Source: the human T2T-CHM13v2.0 reference genome, Homo sapiens
Reading direction: 5' to 3' (one strand)
Assembly: GCF_009914755.1 (NCBI RefSeq)
Contig: NC_060931.1
DNA length: 64,000 nucleotides
Shown piece by piece: positions 27,901 through 39,847 of the stretch. The position numbers were made by a program, and so were the translations under genes. Below the pieces are notes generated by a model. That model was not told where the DNA came from. It saw nothing but the letters and a program-made list of their open reading frames with translations, and ran no database searches. How positions within the stretch are numbered: position 1 is the stretch's first letter; each line of letters opens with the position of its first letter.

Positions 27901-28150
27901 ACAATTTTTTTCATAGATTCTCTTGGATTTTTGAAAAGTTCAATCATATCATAACAGCTGTTAATAATACTAGTTTTATCTCTTGCTTTTCACTATTTGT
28001 CCTTTAACGGATTTCTCTAATTGCATTGGATAATAGCTTCAATGCCATGTTAAGCAGATGTGCTGATAGTGGGCTCTCTTGTCTTTTGTTGGAAAGTCTC
28101 TAGTATTTCCCCATAAAGTAATATGCTGGATTCTGAATTGCGTGTAAAAT
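24990..28150 (-). mobile_element. Old L1ME/L1M5 fragments, interrupted by a Tigger element
   Basis: T-rich antisense L1 3' UTR and ORF2 motifs, e.g. GCATCCTTGCCTTGTTCCTAAT and TGATAGTGGGCTCTCTTGTCTT. Confidence 0.75.
26020..26963. mobile_element. TcMar-Tigger deletion derivative (Tigger6-like)
   Basis: TA-flanked, degenerate terminal inverted repeats (CAGTCAATCCCAGTTTTCATGG / CCGTGCAAAGTGAAAGCTGCTTG). Confidence 0.7.
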
Positions 28151-28247
28151 TTGTAGAAAATGTCGTCTGAGATTTTTTTTTTTCTGTTACTTATAGTTAA
28201 TCAATTTTGTTTTAAGGAGATTTTTAAAAACAACTACTACCAGAGTC

Positions 28248-28299
28248 ATATCACAGAAATTCCTCAAAGGTTAATATCACAGAAATTCCTCAAAGGTTA
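28248..28299. repeat. Perfect 26-bp tandem duplication
   Basis: ATATCACAGAAATTCCTCAAAGGTTA x2. Confidence 0.97.
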
Positions 28300-31200
28300 A
28301 ATAAATGATTTAGTAAGAGAAGCAGAGGAACACACACACACACACGCACACAGAGAGAAAAGCGTGCACGCGCGCGAGAGATATATTAGTGAGGAGATAG
28401 CTTGCAGGAAGGAAACAGAAAAAGAGGGGTTATTCCGTCTATTAATCAAAGATAATAACAAATGGAGTACTGTTAATGTGTGCACCATCAGTTAATGCTG
28501 GAAGAAGCAGCATGAGAGGGAAATTTCCAAACCAAATATGAAGAACTTCATTGGGAAAATCAAATAAGAACTAATATTCAAAGTTCTGTATTTAGATTAG
28601 TCTAAGAGCCCGTTTGATGCACTAGGTAACCTAGAGATAAAATTGACCATATGTGAGGGGGAACTCCAGTCTTTCATCCTTGGAGACATATTCTAGGCTC
28701 AGTTGAAACTTGATAATGAATAAGTTATTTTAAATCAACTAAGAAGAGACTACAAATATTAATTTTCTATTTGTTCAACTCTGCAGCTATTCAATCTGGA
28801 TAATTTTGCCATCTCACACTCAATACCTCAAACTTAGTAGAAATGCTTTCTTCTTCTAACTAAAACTCCTAGTTCTAGTTTCTAGTTCCTTCCTTCAAAC
28901 CGTTTTAGAAGATACATGACATCTGCCATGCTAATCATCAAAACTCTCATTCATAAAGGGATGGCAAATATTTTAAAGGCACGTGTAAAACAAAATGGGT
29001 TTATGATCAAATCAGAAATTTTCTCCTCTCCATAATCCCTGCTGGGTTAATAATCCTACTAAATCAAGGATTTGTGTGACAATAAAAGTTTATATTGGTT
29101 TGAACAAACACCCAAGTCATTCTGAGATCCAGCTGCACCACACCTCAGTCAAGCAGGTTGCTGTTCATTGCCTCATATGAGCGGATGTACCCAAAGAGGA
29201 GAAAAACATACAATCTCTCCCCTATCATGCTGTGTCAAATGTATTATCAGTGCCTTCTGCATTTTCCTAAATTCAAGATTGCAGGTTGCATTACAACTCC
29301 TGTTATACTGTTTGACTTTAGTTAATTTTTTATAATTTGTAAGTAAGTTTTGGAAATGCTGATTTTGATCATTGAAATTTTCCCTTTGCATTTTTATGTA
29401 TGGGCATGATATGGATTCAATCATAAAATTATTTTGCTTTGCTTGAGGGAAGTAGTATTATATGTATATATCTATATAATAATTTCAACAGAGAATTTTG
29501 CTTTGAATACTGTATAGACCAGCTTGGAGATATGGAAATAATACCTAAGAATTGAGATGTGTGAGTATCTTTTTTGATTGGATACTAAAGCCTCTGCCTA
29601 CCAGTCATCTACTGTGACTACTAGATGTTTGGAGAAAGCCAAGCAAGTATGCAAGCAAACTTTGTTTTCACCTGTAAGCCATGTAAACCAGGGGGATGGC
29701 TTCTCCTGGGATTGTCTCTTCAAGGACTACTTTGCAGATGCAATAATGTTTGCCAGACAACTGCTCCTGAGAGCTAAGTTTTAAAATCTTTTCTACTTTC
29801 TATTTTTGTTTTGTGGAAAAGATCCAGACAGCCAAATATTTGTGCTGGAATTATTTCCTTGTCCTGCTCCGGCTGAACACAAAAGCCAAGAAAACATTCT
29901 ATTTGCTTGCTCCAAAGGAAACATATATAGATGACTAAATGGCAGGCACTGAGCTATATGAAAAACAAAGCAGTTTATGTGACAAAGGAGAGAGTGAGAC
30001 AAAGAAAAGAGTAAGAAAATAAATCTTTGTCTCACTATTTCACTTGAAGACAATATTAAATACTCAACATTTTTAAACCTTCCTATTAGTTTTAGGTGAC
30101 CACCTTTGCAAGAAAATATAATATTTCTGTGTTCTCCAATACACATTTCTATTTTAGTTTGAGATGGTAGAAAATACAACCACGAGCTAGTAGAACACCC
30201 TCCCATTCCCCCAACCCCCACCCAACAAACCAGCAACAACAATAACAAGAAACGATTTTCATATACACAATGTTCAGAACTGTTAGATAAATATTCCAAT
30301 TTTGAGCTCTAAGTACACAGATGCTATTATCCTCTGATTTGAAGAGTAAATATTTTTCCAAACTGTCTTATTTGAGAAAGAAAATTACGATATAGATGCA
30401 ATTTTGTGCTTACATCATTCTACACTGTTTGAAAATAATAAAAATAGCCTGTGTTAGGAATTTTTTAACCTTCTACATCAAGTTCGATGCCTTTCTTTGT
30501 AAGTACCTTATTAAATAAAATAAAAGCCTCTGAGATCCAGGGAATGACTGATCTAGGCTTGGGGAAGGAGGATCATGAGGGTTGCTGATGAGATTGCTTA
30601 TCAAGAATACTCTCCCTATTTGGAAACTGCCAACATAACTATTGGTAGGACATCTCCAACTACATGCTCAAGATTTTAACGAGTGAGGTCGGTGTGAAGA
30701 AGTGTGAAAAGCACCTCCCAGATAAAATTGAAAATGGAGGAAATCCTTCAGGATGAAAGACAGAACATTACAAAAAAAAATGAAGAATTCTCTCCTTCCT
30801 CTAAACAACTAAGGCACTACATTAGATAGGAGTGGTGCAGGGACAAAGAAATGCTATGTAGGATTTTATATGGGAAAAAGGAATTTCAGCTATAGTAATT
30901 GGGAAACCACTGGATTAGATAGTATATGTGGTCTCTTTCAACTGTACAGTTCTGTGATGTAGGTATTATATGAGCAGAATGTTTACTGCAGTATTATTCA
31001 TTATAGTGAAAACTATTGTGCCCTAGGCAGAACATCATGATTGTCAGAATAATATGAACATGTACATGCTTATCGTCTAGGCTTTTCATATGGTTAGACA
31101 TAAGTGTCCTCTTCATTGGCCCTTGTCAGCCTCAAGCCCTTTGCCTGGGAGGTGTCTGGTTTTGCTGAGAGCCCAGTAATTTTCCAATGGGAAATTTTCC

Positions 31201-33530
31201 TCTTGGGTAAGCAGCCCCTGATTGATATCACCAAGTCACATCATCTCTCAGAAACATTGTTTCAATGGGAAAGAATTTGCAGGAAGGAGAGAAATTAAAC
31301 AAATGACTAGCCTAATAATATTAAAATCTTAAAAGCCCACAGAAAAGGAAAATAGACCAATCAAGAAAATGCCATGATGGTACTGTTTGAGATTACACGG
31401 AAGTCTGATGGCCTGATGTCCTAACATCCTAACCCAGGCAATCACCCAAAGCAGCAGTTAATTAATAGTTGTCAATATGAAGTGAAAATCTAGCGGCAGA
31501 ATTTTGTCTATTTTAATGGACACCTTACATTTCCTTTTCTTCAACCAGGCATGGTTCCTGTTTTTTGCAGGGGGAAATTTGGTCATCCACAGACTAATAC
31601 TTCGTGAAATTATACCCGTCAGACTTTATTTGGAAACAGGATCTGTCAATCTTGCTTGTGATTTTTATGCTTACAGAGAATCTTCTGCAGAACCACACTC
31701 TTCATTCTATTAATGACAGATTCTAACAGGTGTTATTTTCTTGTCAAACTTTTCATTCCTCTCGTGACTGTTAGACAGAGACCACTTCCAAACTCAATTC
31801 TGAAGATTCACAGTTTGTCTTCTATTTTTCCACCCTCTCCTCTCCCTACTCCCACATGAATCTTCAGATTCCTTTCTGAAGTGGATATTCCGACCTTAAA
31901 CCTTCATTCTATGTCTTTCTATTGTCCCAACTTCCTACAGACATTTTGCAGTTTGTATTCTTTCTGTCTCCATGTTAAAAATTTCTTTTCCTTCATAACC
32001 CTAAACATGATGTATTAGGTGACACCCTTCTGATAGTAGTTAATTCTTTATAAAATATTAATGTCTTTCTTTTCCCAGGCTATAAACATTTTCTAACCTA
32101 GACTCGTGACTTTAATTATGGGAATGACAGCCTCAGTGGCATTCAGGTAGGAAAATACTTTCAAAAAATCACTAAAACTATTCACCCAAAGTTGTGATGG
32201 ACCTTCTTAAGGTTATATTTGAGATTTTTCTCCCCTGTAGGAATCTATCATGTAGAATAACTTTTCTACTAAACCATTTTTATAATTTATAGAGTGTTTC
32301 TTCCCAAATTGAATAAGTTATTTGGCAAATATCTGGTTTATATATAATGATGATAAAATATTGATTTGGGTGACCCTTCCTAAAATGGACTTTTGTCCCA
32401 AATTATCCAACTTGGTTGTACTCACACCTGAATTTTTTACCCAAAGTGCAAGACTTTTCTTCACTTTTAGCATTATAATGTGGCTTGTGCAGTTTTGTTA
32501 TTTTTTTTTTTTTTTGGAATTTAGGCTGCTACATATTTGCTAATATGCCTTATAAGAATGTGGTCATGCAAAGTAATAAGTCTACTGAAAGATTTCCAGG
32601 TTGCCATGAACAAGAGGCATTGCCTGTGTATGTACACAGGCAACACAGCTTGATCTAATCTCATTAAATCCACTCTGTAAGGAGGAGTTGTTGCATCACT
32701 GCCTATTAGCCTCTCTTAATTTTCATCAGACACACACTGGTAACAATTGTTGGCATAAAAAATTCCCCAAAGCAAAAAGTCTATTCTGTAGGTATAATTT
32801 CATTAGGAAGTTACATGTAAAACAACAAAATCGTAACATATGTTCTATTATTTACTAACATCCATTTGAATATTTCATCCGAATAGTTCAAAGTGTTTAA
32901 ACAGTTTTAAAATAGATAGAAGTCAAATTTCCCTTAAGAAATCTATTTTAAAATATTATGAGCACATGTCTGGTGTGTTTACAAGGAAACTAAGTTATAG
33001 TATCTACTAGTTAATTGATCTTAAATTTGATGTATATCTTATCATATCAAAGGTAAATTGAAAAATGAATATATAACTAGTTCATCTTTTTATCTTTGGA
33101 TAAATTTTTCTCTAGACTCGTGACTAAAAAATAATTTTCATGATTTTTGCTCAGTCTGTTTATTAGGGGACTTAGTACCCTTACAAGTGATTTACTCAAC
33201 ATGGACAATTATGTATATCTTAAGCATTCCTATTCACATATGTTCTGGGACTTTCTGAAAGATAACCTCATGCCATGTTAATTAGACCAAAATTTAAAAT
33301 CCCACCAGAAACATAATGTCATGTTCCCAAAATTCATCTCATTTTCTTTCTTGGAGTATGTACAAAAAGACTTACCATGCTTCTACATGCAGTAATGAGA
33401 CTTTTAGACAAACTAATCTTCAGTTGTTTGTTCTTGGTGTCTAAGGCAGCTTTTGTCTAGAAAACTATTAACCTCTTTCAGCAGTCCCAGTAATGCTTCA
33501 ATCACTCTTGGAAGGCTTAATATGAACATA

Positions 33531-33533
<3 letters not shown>

Positions 33534-33580
<47 letters not shown>

Positions 33581-33586
33581 TGTGTG
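33534..33586. repeat. (TG)n microsatellite
   Basis: More than 20 consecutive TG units. Confidence 0.97.
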
Positions 33587-34924
33587 ACTGATTCCTTCAA
33601 AAATATTAAAAAATCATTAAGTTGCTTTGTAGGAAGTTGGATGAGAAGCAGCTCCATGAGCCTCCGGAAAGCACAGTGATCTCTTCAGAGGGGATTATAG
33701 TGTACTCCCTTCTGATATTACGTAGCAATTTATATCTCTTTCTCTTTGGCACTGCTATGTAATTTCCACTGGAATTAGATTTACAAGTTAGTTATTTAGA
33801 TTATTTTGGTGGTATACAATTAATTTTTTTTATGTTCTCTTGTTTTTGGTAATTTTTGTTCTTTGATTTTTTTGGATTTGTGGATGCTGATCTAAGTTAA
33901 CTCCTATAGTTATCAAAATTCCTTAGGATAATGTGGTAATCTCCTTGCTGCATTTTGCATTCCTCTTCTTCAATTTAGGGTAACTGGCCCTTGAGAATAA
34001 ATGGACACGAAGCTTTTAGGTATTTTTCCACCTCCTTGCATTTTCTTTAGCCTTGAGTTCAACCCAAATTTTGCATTTGGTTTGGTCTTTAAAGTATTTT
34101 GCATTCTTGGGTTAGGAAGACTGTGAATGCTGAATAATGACTCACTCTCCTATATTCAGGCTTAAAGTATTCCAATTAACTTCATCTTGAAAAGACAGAA
34201 AGTGCACAGCAAGGAGATTTCTAGATCTCCAGAAAAATCTTCAACCTCTGCATTGACTCAGTATAGCCATCTGTAATGAACTAAGGTTCAGAATTTTAAA
34301 AAACATGGCAAGGCCAATTCTAGTTACTGGGTAAAGCATATAACTTTCTGGAAATATAAAGGCATGACTCCATGGCTATATCTTAGGGTGATACGTACAC
34401 TTATGAGATTTGTCATTATAGCTATTAGAGAACTCCCAAAGGAAATCTCTATAATGAGTTGTTTTCTATGCTGTGAGTGTATTCAGAGAAGAATAATTTA
34501 CTCCTTTGGGATGTTTCTGGAAACTTTCCTACACTTTACTATTATGGCAACCACAACAGTTATTATAATTTTGTTCTTTCTTTTCTTTGGGGCTGCCATC
34601 TTTTGCTCACCCAATATTGTCAGAAATAGCAATTGCACTTTTATGTCTTTGTTTCATAATTTTGTCTTCAAAGCAGATTCAAAGAAAAAATAGACGTAGA
34701 ATTTTCTCTTGCCCAATAAGTCTTTCCCATCCAATAAAATAAATAATGCTACTACTCCCTTGATATGCTGTGTAAATCAACTTCAGAAAATTATATTATC
34801 ATCTTAGACATGAAATTATGAAGCACAAAACAAGACCTGTTTTAAGGAAGAGGAACTAATTATATACAAGGATGTGCTTGAAAGTAAGCAGCAATCATGA
34901 AAAGTTGTTTGTGTGTTGCAATCG

Positions 34925-35042
34925 AATCCTTCTCAGTTTCAATGAATTTAGAGTTTATTGGCACCCACATAATTTACTCTGGAGATAATGATATAACAAG
35001 CAAACCATTTTATTTTCTCTTTCTTAGCTGAGTGAATATAGT
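34925..35042 (+). repeat. Donor copy of a ~120-bp direct duplication (partner 38765-38884)
   Basis: Direct sequence match; 3' 77 bp differ at one position. Confidence 0.95.
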
Positions 35043-35426
35043 TAACAAAAAAATTTTATCTTAACCATAGAAAGAGTCTGAGAATGAAATTTCTCTTTTC
35101 CCCAAAAGATGTTCAAAACCTGAGATATTGAAAGAGAAAACCCGATTATTTCAAATTAGTTGTTTTCCAAAAATTAAATAATGGGTGAATGGTTGATTTT
35201 AGGATACACAAGATGGTATGTTACAAGGATTAGTCGTTTTTGTCAGCTTTGCTATTTTTAGAGTGGCTTAAATTAAGGTATTGAATATAATTCTTACAAA
35301 TGATGGCACAATATTAAAAGACCAGTTAATTTCATAAGATATTATAAGAATTCTCAGTTTCGCCGGAGGTTTACTGTGTCGGTGTTCCCTTGCGCGGCGT
35401 GAATCTGAGGGCATCGTGTTGAGGAG

Positions 35427-36077
35427 ATGGGGGCTGCGGTGACTCGCGGGATCAGGAATTTCAACCTAGAGAACCCAGCGGAACGGGAAATCAGCAAGAT
35501 GAAGCCCTCTCCCACTCCCGGTTACCCCTCTACCAACAGCCTCCTGCAAGAGCAGATTAGTCTCTATCCAGAAATTAAGGTAGAGATTGCTCGTAAAGAT
35601 GACAAGATGCTGCCATTTCTAAAAGATGTATATGTTGATTCCAAAGATCCTGTGTCTTCCGTGCAGGTAAAAGCTGCTGAAACACGTCAAGAGCCAGAGG
35701 AATTCAGATTGCCCAAAGGCTATCACTTTGATATAATAAATATTAAGAGCATTCCCAAAGGCAAAATTTCCATTATAGAAGCATTGACTTTTCTCAATAA
35801 TCATAAACTTTATCAAGAAACATGGACCGCTGAGAAAATAGCGCAAGAATACCATTTAGAACAGAAAGATGTGAGTTCCCCTCTTATTTTGTTACTTTTG
35901 AACTCAAAATCTTCCCTCATGAAGACAAGAAAGCAATACAATCAAAATGAAGAAAATCGCAAAAATTTCCTATGTGTACTCCTCATCCCTCATCCTGTAT
36001 ATTATCTCATTTTTTGCATGTTAAATTATGTTAACTACCAAATGTTTAATTCTCTCATTGTGAGAGCATATTCTTAA
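35427..36077 (+). CDS. Open 216-aa ORF of the NDUFAF4 retrocopy (153 aa homologous plus 63-aa frameshifted tail); translation unproven
   Basis: ORF track; parental C-terminus (FVTFE.KIFP.EDKKAI.SK, TGA at 35948-35950) is readable in another frame. Confidence 0.25.
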
Positions 36078-36929
36078 TATTTATTGAGCTTCCTGACTTT
36101 TCAAGATTGCCATAGAATGTATTTTGTTTTCTTTTAATTTGGTTTGGGCATATTTCATATGTACATGTCAGCATGACTAATCAGCACATCTGTACATTTA
36201 TTATAAGTAAAAGAATTAATTTGTTATTTTAGGCACATCATACCAACTTTTAAATTGATCATATGACCCCTTGGGAAACGTCCCTGAATCCCTCATTTAA
36301 GTTTTACTTTCCAAGTTAGGTGTTTAGTTCATTCTTCATATGTGATAGTGAAAGTAAAAGCTTTCCTGACTCTTAAGACTGACATTTTCTTGTTAGGGAA
36401 AGAGATACAATAGAAAGGTAGACTAACAGTATTTCCCAAATAAAGGCACACAGTAGAAAGCAATGAATCTATAGAATCTAGTTAAAATTACTACTCCAGG
36501 GAATAAGAAGTACTGAGGATTTATTTTATTTTGAATTGGTTTTAAGTATAGAATAATTGTCTTTACAGTTATAAAAGGTAATTAGCGATATTTGCAAAAT
36601 GTTGAAAATTTCTGCTTCAACAAACAAATAGGTAAGTCCCATGGCCTTCAGAGAGGCAGGCAACAGCAGAAATTTTCGAAAAAGTAACATTTTTCTGGAT
36701 TTAACATGGAAATAGAAAAATTTAAAGAATAATTAAATCCAAAAACCATGGTAAATGAAATTTGGTGATTATATATAGTTTCGGATGTTAATGCTAGTTG
36801 AGAGAAGAGAGAACAAATAGCAAGTAGAAGCAGAGAAGAGGATCACTGGAAGGGACCTGAGAAATTGCCACTTCATCCATTTTAGCAAACTTATTAGCAC
36901 GGCATGTATCAGTCCTGGGATCTGCGTGA

Positions 36930-37110
36930 GAGTGTGTGAGTTTAGCTCCGCCTATGACATTACTACTTGTGGGATCTTTGGCAGACTATATCCTCTTTAA
37001 TATTGAATTTCTTCTTTAAAACAAGAATAATGCTACCTTACTTAAATTTAAGGGTTATCACGAAGATAAATGAAATAGTAAAGGACTACAAAGGACCAAG
37101 CAAATATGAA
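36930..37110 (+). mobile_element. MIR carried within the retrocopied 3'UTR
   Basis: Degenerate MIR core TTTCTTCTTTAAAACAAGAATAATGCTACCT...GAAGATAAATGAAATA inside the TSD-bounded insert. Confidence 0.5.
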
Positions 37111-38124
37111 TTTTTTTTTTGCAGTGGAGAAACAAGCACCTGGGGAGAATATATGACATAAGGTTTCTGTAGTTTATGACCTAACCAGGCCCAAAACTTA
37201 GTTTCTCAAATCCTGGTAGTGTGTTTTTTTCTTTTGTGCCTAAAAGCAGCACACCTCAGAGAAGGGAAAAGGTATAAATTGTGGTATATTGGGGTTGTCA
37301 GTGCTTCTGAGGGAAGATAGGCATCATTACTTCCCAGAGATGCCCCTGGAAATGATATAGAAGATGCTGAGGAATTCAACATGATGACGGAATGAGGCAT
37401 TTGTAGTAATGCTGAGAACAGAAAAATAGACTAAGTGGAAAATGTGTAAGCATGTCTTTGAATGTAGATTTGTTATGTGAACAAACTACTAGTTAATTTT
37501 TAGTTCAATACAATAATTGTTTTAAGAAAGCATGACATAAATTCTCAATATAAAATGCATTTTAAAACTCCTGTAAATCAGTCAAAACTTTATTCCTTTT
37601 ATCATAATGGTCACTAACTGAGTCACTAACACTAGTAAACTATTTCTGAGCCATCTTTTCTACTCATATCTGCATTGTATGGTTAGGCAGCTGTTATGTG
37701 GCGTCACATGATAAAATAAAGGACTTCTTCCCATACCATTAAAAAAAAAAAAAGAATTCTTAGTTTCACAAGAGACTTCTGAGAGACTAATTAAGAAATT
37801 ATCTCAAATGTATTATTGAACAAAATAATTATTTATCATAAGTGTTACCACAAAGACTCTAACCATTAGGTATAGATGCACTTTTCTGAATGTTGAAAGA
37901 TTGATTGTATTAACAAATGAAAAAAATCATTTATTTCATTTTATTTCTGAAGAGGAAGTAGTCTCTCCTTTGGCATTTCTTTTTTGCTTCCTAGTCAGAT
38001 TTAACTTGAAGTCAAATTAATTCAAATAAATGAAAATAGTTAATAGTTAAACGTCATACAATTAAAGCATAAGGGAAGATAGCATGAACAATGGATACAT
38101 GAAGGATTTGTCAATGGAACTTTT

Positions 38125-38428
38125 GTTTTTTTTTTTTGGAGACAGAGTCTCACCCTGTCACCCAGGTTGGAGTGAAGTGGAAGCATTACAGATCACTGCA
38201 GCCTTGAACTCCTGGGCTAAAGCAATCCTCCTGCTTCAGCCTTCTGAGTAGCTGGGACCACAGGCATGCAGCACCATGCCGGCTGATTTTGTCTATTTTT
38301 TTGTAGAGACAGGGCTTCACTTTGCTGCCCAGGAGTTTGCCTGGTCTCAAACTCCTGGGCTCAAGTGATCCTTCCACGTTGGCCTCCCAAAATGCTAGTA
38401 TTATAGGTATGAGCCACCGTGCATAGCC
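38125..38428 (-). mobile_element. AluJ
   Basis: Antisense Alu with CTCCTGGGCTCAAGTGATCC (J-type); TSD AATGGAACTTTT / AGTGGAATTTTT. Confidence 0.93.
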
Positions 38429-38764
38429 AGTGGAATTTTTTAAAAGGCTATTGGAAAATACAAATTTAAAAATTGGTACAAATGAAGAAAGACTTTCTTG
38501 GCTAAATTTACATGAATCTATATACTATGGAAGCACATGTGATTTAATGATTTCAAGGTAAAATGTACCATTTAATTACACACATTTGGAACTGGAACTT
38601 TCTAACACCCTACCACCTCTGTAGCTATGTAAACTTGCTATGATGACTAAAACAGTTTGAATCAATACAGGTGAATAGCATCTACGTTTTTATTTGCTTA
38701 TCTATTTATATTCTGTCTCATCCATTTGACATAAACTTATTGAGCATGTGCCATATGTCATACT

Positions 38765-38884
38765 AATCCTTTTTGGTTTCAATTAACTTTGAGAGTGTAT
38801 TGGTACTCACATAATTTACTCTGGAGATAATGATATAACAAGCAAACCATTTTATTTTCTCTTGCTTAGCTGAGTGAATATAGT
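38765..38884 (+). repeat. Acceptor copy of the ~120-bp direct duplication
   Basis: Matches 34925-35042 and interrupts the L2 3' end. Confidence 0.95.
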
Positions 38885-39089
38885 CCTCCTGTATTAGGCG
38901 CTAGGGGAGAGACAAAGATCAATAAAACACAAACTTACCCTTCATTAGCTCACAGAGTCACTGGAGAAAGTAACATGTAAATAGTATCATAAGAGCAATA
39001 ACAGAAGTATGTATAAAAATCAGTGTTCTTACAGAATAGGGGTTGATTTGCTCTAAACAAGACCAGGAAAGAATTAATCTGAGCTGGGC

Positions 39090-39847
39090 TTTTTCTTTTT
39101 TAGTTTTAGTTTATTGACAATAATTGCATATATTTATGGGGTACAATGTGATGCTTTAATAAATATATACATTTTGGAATGAGCAAATCAAGCTAATTAA
39201 CATCTCTATCGCCTCCTATACCTATTGTTTCTTTGTGGTGAGAACACCTAAATCAATTTTTAGCAATTTTAAATATACAATATATTATTATTAACTATAG
39301 TCATCTTGCTGTACGATAGATTACCAGAACTCATTCTTGGTGTCTAACTAAAGCTTTGCACCTTTTGACCAACATTTCCCCTTTTCACACCCATTCCCTG
39401 TGCTCAGCCTCTGGTAATCACCATTCTACCCTCTATTTCTATGAGTTCAAATTTTTATATATTTTTACTTTTATTTTTTTCATTTTTAATTTTTGTGGGT
39501 ACATGGTAGGTATATATATTTATGGGGTACATGAGATGTTTTGATACAGGCATGCAAGGCATAATAATCACATCATGGAGAACGGGGTATCTATCCCTTC
39601 AAGCATTTATCCTTGGAATTACAAACAACCCAATTACACTCTTTCAGTTCTTTTTAAATGTACAATTAAGTTATTATTGACTATAGTCACCCTGTTGTGC
39701 TATCAAATTCTAAGTCTAATCCATTCTTTCTATTATTTTTGTACCCATTAGCCATCCCCGCCTGCCCCCTACTTCTCCCATCCTTCCCAGCTTTTGGTAA
39801 CCATCGAGTTCAATTTTTTAGATTCTACATATAAGTGAGATCATGCT
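39090..39847 (-). mobile_element. L1MA 3' end with a second L1MA 3' end (39457-39805) nested inside
   Basis: Two TATATTTATGGGGTACA termini; inner copy flanked by TSD GAGTTCAAATTTTT / GAGTTCAATTTTTT. Confidence 0.88.

Larger units (their letters stand above)
35362..37751 (+). pseudogene. NDUFAF4: Full-length processed pseudogene of NDUFAF4 (mitochondrial complex I assembly factor 4) with 5'UTR, CDS, long 3'UTR and poly(A)
   Basis: Intronless [19 protein letters not shown]...[10 protein letters not shown]...[12 protein letters not shown] matches NDUFAF4. AATAAA at 37715, poly(A) 37741-37751, 16-bp TSD AAGAATTCT(C/T)AGTTTC (35346-35361, 37752-37767), frameshift near 35885. Which numbered pseudogene this is cannot be determined here. 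Confidence 0.96.

Noticed and set aside
29793-30299. 168-aa minus-strand ORF
   Set aside because: No recognisable domain, low-complexity composition, no supporting splice or promoter evidence
32079-32146. 68-bp stretch bounded by acceptor- and donor-like motifs
   Set aside because: Isolated, with no coding or transcript support
31761-33126. CTAGACTCGTGACT twice and CTCGTGACT three times within 1.4 kb
   Set aside because: Several 14-bp chance matches are expected in 64 kb, and the flanks do not extend
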